Shown: positions 1 to 10,223, counted from the first letter of the stretch. The stretch: DNA of 42,002 nucleotides from Gammaproteobacteria bacterium (GCA_004796385.1 QZLD01000142.1:1-42002); one strand, 5' to 3'. The notes: generated from the sequence alone by a model not told the origin. A program made the numbers and translations.

Positions 1-1
1 C

Positions 2-931
2 AACTCCTTCTCTGGTGATAATGGTGGATTAGACTCCATGACTAATGATTTAAAAGAGCTTGGAGATTTTATTAACGCCATTGACTCCGGAGATGAAATA
101 GCAAAACAAAAGATTCACGATCTTAATAATCCGATAAATAAAATGTTGCGTTCATCAAAGCAACTGCCTCCTACTTTGGGAAACATGACCGCTCAAATTG
201 CTAATGATAGTAATAAAGTAGCCCAATCAAAAACTAAAGGAGATATTGAGGATGTTCTTAAAAGCCATGTTCATGAAGAGTACAGGGCAAAAATACGATT
301 TAGATATCCATTAAGCAGAAAATCCAGAAATGAAGTAACCCTTGCCGACTTTGGTGAATTTTTTGGTTATGGAGGCACAATGGAATCGTTTTTCGAGGAG
401 CATCTTAAACCAATAGTTAATACATCAAAAAGATACTGGAGCTGGAATGATGGAATCAAATACAGCGCAAAAACTTTAAGACAATTTCAAAGGGCGGATG
501 ATATTAAAAAAATTTTTTTTAAAAAAGACTCACGCACTCCCAAGATCAGGTTTTCGCTAAAACCAATCTCAATGAGTTCTCATGTAGAACAGTTCCTGTT
601 AGATCTTAATGGTCAAATTCTTACATATAAACATGGGGCTCAAATTGCCACAGCAATGGAATGGCCGGGAGAGATTCTTAATGGAAAAGTAAGAGTTGTC
701 TTCACTCCACTTGGAGGCGGCATACCGGCAGCTATAGAAAAATCAGGTACTTGGGCATGGTTTAGAATTCTGGACATGATGCTGGTACAAAGAACAAATA
801 GCTCAAATATTTATCATGTAACTTTTGACTTAAATGGCAGTAAAGCAACATTTGAACTAAGAGCAGAAAGTGCGGTAAATCCATTTGGAACAAACAATCT
901 GCGCCTTTTTAGATGCCCAGCAAAGATGTGA
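2..931 (+). CDS. tssM: Type VI secretion membrane complex protein TssM/IcmF, C-terminal part (5'-truncated by window)
   Basis: Frame is open from base 2. Typical IcmF C-terminal motifs: RYPL..S..EVTLADF.EFFG.GG, LDLNGQ.L.YKHG, MEWPG, GTWAWFRILD, and terminal NPF..NLRLFRCP. Followed by tagF and pppA. Confidence 0.92.
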   Translation, partial: NSFSGDNGGLDSMTNDLKELGDFINAIDSGDEIAKQKIHDLNNPINKMLRSSKQLPPTLGNMTAQIANDSNKVAQSKTKGDIEDVLKSHVHEEYRAKIRFRYPLSRKSRNEVTLADFGEFFGYGGTMESFFEEHLKPIVNTSKRYWSWNDGIKYSAKTLRQFQRADDIKKIFFKKDSRTPKIRFSLKPISMSSHVEQFLLDLNGQILTYKHGAQIATAMEWPGEILNGKVRVVFTPLGGGIPAAIEKSGTWAWFRILDMMLVQRTNSSNIYHVTFDLNGSKATFELRAESAVNPFGTNNLRLFRCPAKM

Positions 932-938
932 GAAACTT

Positions 939-1688
939 ATGGAAGAAACACAAAACAGTAAAGTAGGATTATACGGAAAAATTCCGGGGCACGGTGATTT
1001 TGTCAGCCGCAACCTTGAAGATGAATTTATGGTTCCCTGGGATCAATGGCTGCAAAATGTTATCAGTGTCAGTCGGGAACAATTGGAAAACCTGTGGTTA
1101 CAAACATTTCTTACAAGTCCGATATGGCGCTTTTCCTTTGAAGGAGGTGCCTGCGGAGCTTATCCCATGACTGGAGTTATGATTCCCAGTGTTGATAAGG
1201 TTGGAAGATATTTCCCTTTCGTTTTGGCTGCGCCCATAACCAACTCTCCGCTGCACCACCTTATTAACGATGAAGAGTGGTATAACCATGCTGAAGATAT
1301 TCTGCTGGCAACACTAGAGAGTGATATTAAAGTTGATCAGGTATTGGAAATGACAGCTGCCATGCCGGAGTTATCGTCGGCAAAATTAACAGAAAGCAAT
1401 GCAATTCAAGTACACCACTCATTCGACACTCCCAAACATGCAAAAATGGTCTGGGGTGCATCAACAGCTGAGTTTGACTCTGTGAAAGATGCACTACCCG
1501 GATTTTTTGAAGTTGCACTAAATGAATTCTTTTCCCCATATTCTTTATGGTGGACTAATGGCTCTGAACAGATAGATAGATCACTGCTTGTATGTGACGG
1601 AATGCCACCACTTGCTGGATTTGCAGCCATGCTTGATGGAAATTGGGACCAGTGGGGCTGGCCCAGACATCAATTAATCAAATACTAA
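939..1688 (+). CDS. tagF: T6SS-associated protein TagF/ImpM
   Basis: GLYGKIPGHGDFV, WDQWLQ, SPIWRF, PSVDKVGRYFP and SLWWTNGS motifs. ATG at 939 preferred over ORF-track start 885, which overlaps tssM. Confidence 0.92.
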   Translation: MEETQNSKVGLYGKIPGHGDFVSRNLEDEFMVPWDQWLQNVISVSREQLENLWLQTFLTSPIWRFSFEGGACGAYPMTGVMIPSVDKVGRYFPFVLAAPITNSPLHHLINDEEWYNHAEDILLATLESDIKVDQVLEMTAAMPELSSAKLTESNAIQVHHSFDTPKHAKMVWGASTAEFDSVKDALPGFFEVALNEFFSPYSLWWTNGSEQIDRSLLVCDGMPPLAGFAAMLDGNWDQWGWPRHQLIKY

Positions 1689-1703
1689 TAATTAGAGAGT
1701 TTT

Positions 1704-2441
1704 ATGTATACAACACAAATTGTAAGCCAACGCTGGATATCCTGTTCCAAAACGGATAAAGGCAATGTTCGCAAAATTAATGAAGATTCCATGCTTGATA
1801 TGCCTGCAAAAGGGCTGTGGGTAGTTGCTGATGGAATGGGAGGACACGAAGCAGGAGACCTTGCAAGCCAAACAGTTATAGATAAAATGGCTGAAATAGA
1901 TTCTGATGATCTTCTTTGCGACCATTACTACTACATAACAGAAGCTATTCAAACTGCAAATAGAGAAATACTGGAAGTATCGAAAAATAAATTCAATGGA
2001 GCCGTAATTGGCTCTACAGTGGTTATTCTGTATCTGCAAAATGATACTATCAACTTTCTCTGGGCAGGCGATAGTCGTGGTTATCTGCTAAGAGACAATA
2101 AATTAACACAAATAACTACAGATCACAGTGAAGTTCAGGAGCTGGTAGCAAGAGGACTTATTCCTAAAGAAGAAGCTGAAAACCATCCCCGAGCCAATGT
2201 TATTACCAGAGCTGTCGGCGCAGTAGAAGATCTTGATTTAGATAGCATTAGCTGCCGTTATCAACGGGGCGATATAATTTTGCTGTGTAGTGATGGACTG
2301 ATAAGAGATATTAACGATAATGAAATTGAAGAGATAATTAAATATAAAGATATTGATGACAGCTTGGAACGTCTCATGAAAACCTGTCTTGACAGAACAG
2401 CCGCGGACAATGTCACAATAATTTTAGTTAGGATATTGTAA
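1704..2441 (+). CDS. pppA: PP2C-family Ser/Thr phosphatase, T6SS-associated (PppA-like)
   Basis: GNVRKINED, VADGMGGH, WAGDSRGY, DHS, NVITRAVG, LLCSDGL and DNVT motifs; lies directly after tagF. Confidence 0.88.
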   Translation: MYTTQIVSQRWISCSKTDKGNVRKINEDSMLDMPAKGLWVVADGMGGHEAGDLASQTVIDKMAEIDSDDLLCDHYYYITEAIQTANREILEVSKNKFNGAVIGSTVVILYLQNDTINFLWAGDSRGYLLRDNKLTQITTDHSEVQELVARGLIPKEEAENHPRANVITRAVGAVEDLDLDSISCRYQRGDIILLCSDGLIRDINDNEIEEIIKYKDIDDSLERLMKTCLDRTAADNVTIILVRIL

Positions 2442-2443
2442 TT

Positions 2444-4261
2444 TTACAAACTGTTTATACCGTCTATCTTTACTGTTTTCCCAGTATCAGGAAGAGTAAA
2501 TTTCTTATATTTTCCTTTATCCTCAACCACATCCCAGTAATACCAAAGGTTTGTGCTACTGTTAATATCTTTAAAGCTATAGATTATTTCGGTTGGTTCA
2601 CTGTTTTCATTTACTGCAATCACTTCAATTGTCACATCAGGAAAAGATCTCTTATAACCTAACGAAATCAAATGCTTATAATTACTAAACAGTGTATCGC
2701 GTACAGCTACTGAATCAGTATAGATTTTCATTCCACTATCAATAGAAATTTTTAGTTTATTCTCATCTGTTCTTGTTATATCAATTGATTCGTAAGATGA
2801 AGTTAATATTCTGGCACTTTCAGGCAACTGCTTTTCAAAGTATGAAAATTGGTAAGGCAGATATAACCATTGGAAAGAGTGTGGTGAACTAATTAGATAA
2901 ACCCTTTTTTCAGATAAGTCCTGGCTAAGAAATATAATATCGGCATCATTATTTTTTTTCTTAACCATTCCCTGATACAGATAAACCGAAAGGCATAGCA
3001 ATGCTATAAATGAAATGAATATATTAAACCCCAGATAAACAACCTTATACGCCTTATACACACAACAATTTTTGTTTTGGTAATAATTAAAGGCAAGTAT
3101 AAAAAAACCGAACATCATTACCGAAACAAAGATCAGCAATCGCCCGCTTATCATTCCGATTGCAACCGGAGGAACTACACTAAAAAGTGCCCCAACAAGA
3201 AAGAACCTTGCCAGCTTTACCTCTTTAATAAACTGCCTGTTTAATATTAGCGTTAAAAGAAATATCGCAGCACCAATAACTGCATAAATGACCTTTGTTA
3301 AAGGAGAAAATAAATTATAGAGCATATCAACACCAGATATCTGATTAAGAATCAGTGCCGGCCCCCTTGTAAAAACCACCTCAACAAATCCTTTAAAATT
3401 TTTAATAGGATCAACATAAAGCCCATTATTTAATGCTCCATAATGACCACTCTGATAGCAGATCCTCCATAAAACAACTAATAAAAGATATGGAGCAAAG
3501 GTGATTATTTTCTTTTTAATTGATTCAGGTGAAATAAAAAGAATATACGCCATAATCAATCCTGCTGAACCTATACCGGCCTCTGCTGATAAGAGTGCAA
3601 GACCAAAAAAAACCAAACTTAGAATCCGGTTTTTCAAACTGTTTGTAAGAAGCATAAAATAAAAAGATAACAACCCAAATGAGCCTGCCATAAGTGCGTT
3701 ACGACTGGCGATCCATCCAAGGCTTTCATAAAGGCTTAAATCAACAACCAAAAACAACAAACCAAAGGCTGCCAATTTTTTTCCATTCATGGAGGTATCT
3801 TTAAACAGATGCTTAAATACCAAATATCCAGATAGTAGATAGAGCATAAACCAGAAAATACTGTGTAAGTGCATCATGGCTATTGAGTCAGGCCATAGCT
3901 TATAATCCAGCCAGTGACTTATTGATGCCAGTGGCCGCCAGAAACTCAGCTGTACCTCATCACTCCCCCACCACGGATATACCCCAATCTCTTTCATACG
4001 ATTAATATTGGTTCTGTCCTTTGGAAAAAATGAGAACAGGGTCATGGCTGCATCGGTAGCACCTATATCGCCATCTGCATTTTGAAAACCCAGTTGTTGC
4101 AACTGATGCGAACCTTTTAACGCCACATAGTGAAAATAATCATCAGCAGCAAGAGGAACCTTTATAGAGGACAAAGCGAAAAACAGAGCCAGAAAAAAAA
4201 GAAGCCATGGCTTACTTACAAACTTAATAAATAGCTGTGAAGTCTTATTAATTAAAGCCAT
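2444..4261 (-). CDS. Multi-pass membrane protein, putative GT-C-fold (polyprenyl-sugar-dependent) glycosyltransferase
   Basis: Many hydrophobic segments; acidic pair ADDY just after the first TM helix; FWRPL and WIASRN motifs; soluble C-terminal domain; downstream of UbiA/DprE-like genes. The function is inferred. Confidence 0.55.
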   Translation of the reverse strand: MALINKTSQLFIKFVSKPWLLFFLALFFALSSIKVPLAADDYFHYVALKGSHQLQQLGFQNADGDIGATDAAMTLFSFFPKDRTNINRMKEIGVYPWWGSDEVQLSFWRPLASISHWLDYKLWPDSIAMMHLHSIFWFMLYLLSGYLVFKHLFKDTSMNGKKLAAFGLLFLVVDLSLYESLGWIASRNALMAGSFGLLSFYFMLLTNSLKNRILSLVFFGLALLSAEAGIGSAGLIMAYILFISPESIKKKIITFAPYLLLVVLWRICYQSGHYGALNNGLYVDPIKNFKGFVEVVFTRGPALILNQISGVDMLYNLFSPLTKVIYAVIGAAIFLLTLILNRQFIKEVKLARFFLVGALFSVVPPVAIGMISGRLLIFVSVMMFGFFILAFNYYQNKNCCVYKAYKVVYLGFNIFISFIALLCLSVYLYQGMVKKKNNDADIIFLSQDLSEKRVYLISSPHSFQWLYLPYQFSYFEKQLPESARILTSSYESIDITRTDENKLKISIDSGMKIYTDSVAVRDTLFSNYKHLISLGYKRSFPDVTIEVIAVNENSEPTEIIYSFKDINSSTNLWYYWDVVEDKGKYKKFTLPDTGKTVKIDGINSL

Positions 4262-4351
4262 AATAGCAACAACCTATTTGTTAGAGCCTGATAGGCTGTC
4301 TCAATAAATAAAAAAGTAAAGTTAACTTACCAAAATAATTATCACTAATAC

Positions 4352-5803
4352 TTATAGTGCCTGAATCTGAATATAACTTTGGTTCGCCAAAGCCAAAAAT
4401 AATGCCGAGATAAGAGCTACAACCCAGCTACCCTTGTCTTTAATAGCGAAAACAATAGGGTCTTCGTGCATATTGCCTCTTGCTGTTATTAACCAGATTC
4501 TGCTTATCCAAAACAGTATCAAAGGGCAGATAAACCAGAGCATACCAGGGTTTTTATAAAGCTTTTCATCAAGGCTGTTTATATAAAGAGCAAATACCAA
4601 AACGGCAAGATAACCACTTGCCGTTCCCATACTATTGACTATAGTAAGATCCGAAACAGAATATCCCCTCCCCTTTGCCTGCTCTTTTTTACTATTAATA
4701 AGATTAATAAGCTCTGATGCTCTTTTAACCAGCGCCAAACTTAAAAATACAAACACGGAAAATGCCAAGAGCCAGAAACTAGGAGATATCTTACAAGCCG
4801 CAGCACCTGCAACTACCCTGCTTGTAAAAAGTCCGGCAAGAACTATTACATCAACCATTGGAAGAGTTTTTAATTTAAAGGAATAGATAAGTGTCGTGCC
4901 AATATAAATAGCAAGTACAACTGCAAATTTCCACGGAATAAAAAAGAGCATTATCATACTTAAAACAAATAGTAAAAACGCAATCATCAGTCCATGCAGG
5001 ATTGATATATCGCCGGATGCAAAGGCTCTTTTCTTTTTATAACTGTTGGCTCTGTCTGCATCCAGATCTAAAAGATCATTTACAACATATGTTGCCGATG
5101 CACATAGGCCAAAACAGACGAAAGCCAAAAGCGCACTAATCACAAGAGGAGTCTGACTGAATTCGTGAGATGCCAGTAGTGGCACAAAAATCAAGGCATT
5201 TTTGGTCCACTGATGAATTCTGATAGCCTTAAGATACTTTTTTATGCTCGCCGTCTTTCTATCAAAAATGAGCTCAACTTCGCAGCTTTTTTTGGCAATC
5301 TCTATTGTTCCAGGCTTGGCATTAACAACAATAGCCTTTCTTGATATCTCCCATATATGGCCATCTTTCGCCTCATTTCCTGCGTAGTCGAAATTTCTTT
5401 TACCATAGGTCTTTTCCAGATACTCCGCCTTATTTCTTCCGGTAAGATTTACTGCATCATCTGTTGAAACAACACCACTGAATATTCCCAGATAATCAGC
5501 TATCTTCTCAGCATATTTCTTATAACTGCCGGTAACCAAAACCAGTTCACGCTTTTCGCCGAACTGAGCCTTCAGATATTCTAAAAATTCATAATCGTAA
5601 GGAAGATTTTCGACATCTATTTCAGAACGGTTTGCAAGCTCTCTTTTAAGATGCTGTTTACCCTGCATTAACCAGAAAGGCACCATAAAAACAATGTAAA
5701 GATGCCTTTTAAATGCCCTGACAAATGACTCAAGCATAATATCGCTACGAATCAGTGTGCCATCAAGATCGACACACAAAGGAATATTCGGCTTTTGTGA
5801 CAT
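4352..5803 (-). CDS. HAD-like domain fused to UbiA-family prenyltransferase (putative polyprenyl-phosphate phosphoribosyltransferase)
   Basis: N-terminal VDLDGTL (HAD motif I) and FDYAGN; UbiA region RIHQWTKN, YVVNDLLDLDADR, KRAFASG, YS..LK, HEDPIVFA.KD. Start at MSQKP (5803) preferred. Confidence 0.85.
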   Translation of the reverse strand: MSQKPNIPLCVDLDGTLIRSDIMLESFVRAFKRHLYIVFMVPFWLMQGKQHLKRELANRSEIDVENLPYDYEFLEYLKAQFGEKRELVLVTGSYKKYAEKIADYLGIFSGVVSTDDAVNLTGRNKAEYLEKTYGKRNFDYAGNEAKDGHIWEISRKAIVVNAKPGTIEIAKKSCEVELIFDRKTASIKKYLKAIRIHQWTKNALIFVPLLASHEFSQTPLVISALLAFVCFGLCASATYVVNDLLDLDADRANSYKKKRAFASGDISILHGLMIAFLLFVLSMIMLFFIPWKFAVVLAIYIGTTLIYSFKLKTLPMVDVIVLAGLFTSRVVAGAAACKISPSFWLLAFSVFVFLSLALVKRASELINLINSKKEQAKGRGYSVSDLTIVNSMGTASGYLAVLVFALYINSLDEKLYKNPGMLWFICPLILFWISRIWLITARGNMHEDPIVFAIKDKGSWVVALISALFLALANQSYIQIQAL

Positions 5804-5816
5804 TACATGAACCTTA

Positions 5817-6554
5817 TTATAATTTTGTTTTTTTGAATACAAATTCAGGAATAGAGGTAATAACCATCATTACACAGCGCCAAAACCATTTAGTATATAT
5901 GGTGTTTTTTCTTTTCTGCTGAGCCTTAACTATATCTCTGGCAACCTCTTCAGGCTCGGCAGTTAGTTTTGCAGGCAAATCCATTCCTTCAGTCATTCTG
6001 GTATTCACAAACCCGGGTTTTACTGTAACTACATGAACACCGCTTGCATAAAGACGATGGCGCAAGCCAGAAAGATAGGCTGTAAGACCTGCCTTAGCAC
6101 TTCCATACAGGTAGTTGCTCTGCCGTCCCCTGTCTCCTGCAACAGATGACACACCTACAATAAATCCACTCTTTTTGCTCTCATAATCGTTGGCTATAAC
6201 ATTTAGCAGAGAAACTGCTCCAACATAGTTGGTATTTATAATTCTTTGTGTCTCTTCAAAATCCGCCTGCGCCTTTATCTGATCTCCCAGATACCCGATG
6301 AACAACAGCGTACCTTCAGGTTTTGGATCGAGTTTTTCGTAAAAATCAGCATGGGATGCAAAATCCACTGCATCAACCTCGACTGTTTCAGCTTCAATAT
6401 TGTATTTTACCTTCAAGTCTGTGGCGGTTGCTTCGGCCTCTTCCTTTTCCTGCGCTCTGGTTGCCAAATAGAGGCTTTTTCCCTGTTTAGCATATTCTGC
6501 AGCCACTGCCTTAGCGATATCCGACGCTGCTCCTAATATCAATATATATGACAT
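5817..6554 (-). CDS. Short-chain dehydrogenase, DprE2-like (decaprenylphospho-ketopentose reductase-like)
   Basis: ILGAASDIA, SSVAGDRGRQSNYLYGSAKAG (YxxxK), VKPGFVNTRMT; paired with the DprE1-like gene. Confidence 0.85.
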   Translation of the reverse strand: MSYILILGAASDIAKAVAAEYAKQGKSLYLATRAQEKEEAEATATDLKVKYNIEAETVEVDAVDFASHADFYEKLDPKPEGTLLFIGYLGDQIKAQADFEETQRIINTNYVGAVSLLNVIANDYESKKSGFIVGVSSVAGDRGRQSNYLYGSAKAGLTAYLSGLRHRLYASGVHVVTVKPGFVNTRMTEGMDLPAKLTAEPEEVARDIVKAQQKRKNTIYTKWFWRCVMMVITSIPEFVFKKTKL

Positions 6555-6555
6555 A

Positions 6556-7878
6556 TTAAATCCCTACTCTCTTTGATTGTAATGAGGCGAACCTGTTATC
6601 AGGATCATATTTATGTTTTAGCTCCTTAAACCTTTCTGCATAAGGATATCCGGCAAGCATTTTTGGCTCCATTCTTACGTCTTTTGCAAAATAGAGACGC
6701 CCGCCATAGTCAAGCACCAAGTCATCAAGCTCGTCCAACAATTTGAAAAGACCGTTTTTAATTGGAAAATCAAGCGCCAGCGTGTAACCCTCTTTCGGAA
6801 ATGAGAAGAGGTCATCCTGCTGCCCAAACAGTTTCAATACTGCAAGAAAAGACCCCTGACCACTCTCAGCTATTCTGGAAAGCACCTTTCCAAGCCCTTC
6901 TCTGCCTGCATCTTTCGGCAATACAAACTGATATTGTGTAAAACCGCGCTTGCCGTAAATTCTGTTCCAGTTCAAAACTCCATCCAGAGGATAGAAAAAC
7001 TGATCATAATCTACTATTGAAACCTTGCTTTCCTTTGGCCCCTTCATGTAATAAAGAGCATTAAATGCCTTTACTGTCAATGGGTTAAGCGCAAAAGATG
7101 GAAAGTTTATCGGAACATTTAATTTGAGTTTTTTAGGAAGAATCAATGGCGCTCTGCGATGCTTGATTTTAACCAGTTCATTTTCACCGGCATGCTCTCC
7201 ACGCATCATCAGAGAGCGCCCCATATTTTCACCCTGCATAAGACAGTCAATCCAGGCTACAGAGTATGTCCAGTCATCTGAGTCTTCAAATACATCCATT
7301 ATTTCAGATAAATTTTTTGCCTTGATCATCTCTTGGCGTATAAAAGCTGTTTCAACACGAATCAAATTCATGGATACTCGCAGTATATAGCCTGTAAGCC
7401 CCATACCTCCTGCGGTTGCTTCAAACAGTTCGGAGTTTTCATCCTTGCTACATCTGACTACCTCACCTGAGGCAAGCATAATCTCCATCCAGTTAACGTG
7501 GTGGCAGAATGATCCTGAAAGATGGTGATTTTTTCCGTGGACATTTGAGGCTATAGCACCGCCAACTGTTACAAATTTTGTACCGGGAGTTGTCGGCAAA
7601 AACCAACCTCGAGAGACAAATACATCAAGAATATCCTCAAGAGAAACACCGGATTCACAAACAAGTTCACCACTCTCCTCATCAAAGCTGATCATACGAT
7701 TAAAACGCAGTGAGGAAACAACAGTTTGTGACAGAGAGCTGTCTCCATAACACCGACCTAACCCCCTCGGAATAACCTCTTTGGCTTCGGATATAATTTT
7801 AGATAACTTACCTTCATTTACGAAAGACCTGAAATCAACATCCACTTCGGGGTAATTCCCCCAGTTCGATAGCTTCAT
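6556..7878 (-). CDS. FAD-binding oxidoreductase, DprE1-like (decaprenylphosphoryl-ribose oxidase-like)
   Basis: RGLGRCYGD, PGTKFVTVGGAIASNVHGKNHH, YSVAWIDC, FFYPLD, WNRIYG..GFTQYQF, SFLAVLK, GYTLALDF, GGRLYFAKD. Confidence 0.9.
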   Translation of the reverse strand: MKLSNWGNYPEVDVDFRSFVNEGKLSKIISEAKEVIPRGLGRCYGDSSLSQTVVSSLRFNRMISFDEESGELVCESGVSLEDILDVFVSRGWFLPTTPGTKFVTVGGAIASNVHGKNHHLSGSFCHHVNWMEIMLASGEVVRCSKDENSELFEATAGGMGLTGYILRVSMNLIRVETAFIRQEMIKAKNLSEIMDVFEDSDDWTYSVAWIDCLMQGENMGRSLMMRGEHAGENELVKIKHRRAPLILPKKLKLNVPINFPSFALNPLTVKAFNALYYMKGPKESKVSIVDYDQFFYPLDGVLNWNRIYGKRGFTQYQFVLPKDAGREGLGKVLSRIAESGQGSFLAVLKLFGQQDDLFSFPKEGYTLALDFPIKNGLFKLLDELDDLVLDYGGRLYFAKDVRMEPKMLAGYPYAERFKELKHKYDPDNRFASLQSKRVGI

Positions 7879-8093
7879 AACTTTAATTTCCCGAATTTAA
7901 CACACATAGAACCTTTAAAATAAATCTATAACAGCAAATTTGATTGCATTAATCTCAAACAACTTCGTCCTTTGCGCTTTATTATTTTTTTAGAAAAGCT
8001 TATTTATACTAAATATGTTCAATAGTTGCAGAACTTCCTAATTACAACAAAACAGCTAACTATTAGCAAGAGCAGACAGCCATTTTACTATAT

Positions 8094-8126
8094 AAAAAAA
8101 CACGCCATATTTCAGGCGTGTTTTTT
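8094..8126. terminator. Intrinsic terminator downstream of rpoS (symmetric A/T tails)
   Basis: aaaaaaacacgcc-atatttca-ggcgtgtttttt hairpin about 20 nt after the rpoS stop. Confidence 0.8.
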
Positions 8127-8146
8127 ATTCAAAATTTTCGAACATG

Positions 8147-9259
8147 CTAACCAAAAATTATCTCTTCTGAAAATCCGGTTCTTTCTAAAACTTCTCTAAG
8201 TTTCTTAAGAGCATCAATCTGAATCTGCCTAACTCTCTCTCTGGTAACTCCAATTTCATTACCAACCTCTTCAAGCGTCGATTTTGGATAACCATGAAGT
8301 CCGAATCTTCGTTCAATTACAGAGCGCTGTTTTTCATTGAGTTGATCCAGCCACTCTTCAATATGCCCCATAATGTCATCATCCTGAAGAATTCTTGATG
8401 GATCTGGATTGCTTTCATCTGCAATTGAATCTACAAGTGATCTCTCTGCATCCTTTCCTACCGGAGTATCCACCGAAGCTATTCTCTCATTAAGACCAAG
8501 CATTTTTTTAACTTCTTCAGCAGGCTTATCCAATACCTCTGCAATTTCTTCTGCCGTAGGTTCGTGATCAAGATTTTGGGCTAATTTGCGGGAAGTTCTA
8601 AGAAAGGAATTTATCTCTTTTATGACGTGGATAGGAAGCCTTATGGTTCTGGTCTGATTCATTATCGCCCGTTCAATTGTTTGACGAATCCACCAAGTGG
8701 CATATGTGGAAAATCTAAAACCTCTTTCCGGATCAAATTTTTCAACCGCTCTAATAAGTCCTAAATTCCCCTCTTCTATAAGATCAAGTAACGGCAACCC
8801 TCGATTCATATAACGACGGGCAATTTTAACAACCAACCGTAGATTGCTCTCTATCATTCTCTTTCGCCCAGACTCTACTCCCTTTTGAGCAAGTCTCGAA
8901 TAATAAACTTCTTCCTCTGCTGATAACAGAGGTGAAAAACCAATTTCACCAAGATACATGCGGGTCGCATCGAGCCCTCCATCAGCAAAGGCATCGTCTT
9001 CATTTCTTGTTCTTGCTGTTATGGCGTTACTGCTCTCTTCCGACGAATCATCTTCACTACTATTATCTACATCAGAGGCATCCAGCATGCTCTCTTCATC
9101 GGCAATATCACCTTTTTTTGCCTTCTTTTTTCTTTTTTTGGCATTTGCTGATTTTTTTCCGGGAATATCGTTACCAATCACAACTTCGCTATCGGCTTCA
9201 GTAACAACAGTTGAGTCATCCCATTCCGCTTCTGGCTTAACCACACACTTCTTGGCCAT
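8147..9259 (-). CDS. rpoS: RNA polymerase sigma factor RpoS
   Basis: [74 protein letters not shown]; downstream of nlpD. ATG at 9259 has an upstream AAGGAG. Confidence 0.96.
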   Translation of the reverse strand: MAKKCVVKPEAEWDDSTVVTEADSEVVIGNDIPGKKSANAKKRKKKAKKGDIADEESMLDASDVDNSSEDDSSEESSNAITARTRNEDDAFADGGLDATRMYLGEIGFSPLLSAEEEVYYSRLAQKGVESGRKRMIESNLRLVVKIARRYMNRGLPLLDLIEEGNLGLIRAVEKFDPERGFRFSTYATWWIRQTIERAIMNQTRTIRLPIHVIKEINSFLRTSRKLAQNLDHEPTAEEIAEVLDKPAEEVKKMLGLNERIASVDTPVGKDAERSLVDSIADESNPDPSRILQDDDIMGHIEEWLDQLNEKQRSVIERRFGLHGYPKSTLEEVGNEIGVTRERVRQIQIDALKKLREVLERTGFSEEIIFG

Positions 9260-9328
9260 AACACATCTCCTTTGCATTAATTGTCAGAATGTTTCATCGG
9301 CAGATTAGGTTTTACCTTTAATCGACCT

Positions 9329-10093
9329 TCACTTTTGTTTAAATCCCTTTTTAGGTAAATACCTAATTGGATCAACCGGTTTTCCATTGCGGCGGATCTC
9401 AAAATGGAGTCTTGCATTACCTTCGTTATCAACTCCCATCTTTGCTATCTTTTGACCTGCTTTTACGCTATCACCCTCTCCAACCAAAAGAACAGAGTTA
9501 TAACCATAAGCTGTCAAAAACTCTTCGCTGTGTTTTACTATCAATAGTTTTCCATAACCTATCAGACCGCTACCGCTATACACAACTTTTCCTGATCGGG
9601 ATGCGTATACTGATTGTCCTTTTTTCCCGGTTATGTCAATGCCCTTGCTTCCAGTAATACCAGTATTGAAAAGCCTTGCCACTCGACCAATAGTAGGCCA
9701 TCTCCATGAAGAAAGAACTGTGACCTGATCCTCATTTTTGCTTTTTTCAATATTTTTTTTGCGATTTATTTTATTTTTCTTATCTTTAACTTTTTCTTTT
9801 GCTCGCATATTGTTGTTTTTATTGAATTTTAAGCACCTCCTTATATACAGCAACTGACGAGGATAAATTGTGTACGGACTACTGATACCATTACACGCTG
9901 CAAGTTTTTGCAGGTTAATATCATATCTCCAAGATAAAGAGTATAAAGTATCCCCTTTTTCCACTCTGTAAGCCTGTGGCCTGTATGTTCGATTTTCAGT
10001 ACTACGCTTTCTATAACTAGAACAAGATGAAACCAACAATAGGCAAAGCAGAATCAAAAAGTAACTGGCTGATTTTTTCCCTATCACTCTCAT
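9329..10093 (-). CDS. nlpD: LysM/M23 lipoprotein NlpD
   Basis: Lipobox LVSSC, LysM YRVEKGDTLYSLSW, degenerate LytM (KGIDI, VVYSGSGLIGYG, LHFEIR); directly upstream of rpoS. Confidence 0.9.
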   Translation of the reverse strand: MRVIGKKSASYFLILLCLLLVSSCSSYRKRSTENRTYRPQAYRVEKGDTLYSLSWRYDINLQKLAACNGISSPYTIYPRQLLYIRRCLKFNKNNNMRAKEKVKDKKNKINRKKNIEKSKNEDQVTVLSSWRWPTIGRVARLFNTGITGSKGIDITGKKGQSVYASRSGKVVYSGSGLIGYGKLLIVKHSEEFLTAYGYNSVLLVGEGDSVKAGQKIAKMGVDNEGNARLHFEIRRNGKPVDPIRYLPKKGFKQK

Positions 10094-10223
10094 TCCTAAA
10101 AAACATTTGCTAATTGGATTTGCTATAACACCAAGAACCTTATCATATTGTTACAAAGAATGGGATTATTCCATTTTTAATCTACACTTATGCTGAGTAC
10201 TGTTAATTTTCCGGGCATTAAGA

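Noticed and set aside
9329-9700. Missing zinc ligands in the NlpD M23 domain
   Set aside because: A degenerate LytM domain is the normal state for NlpD amidase activators.
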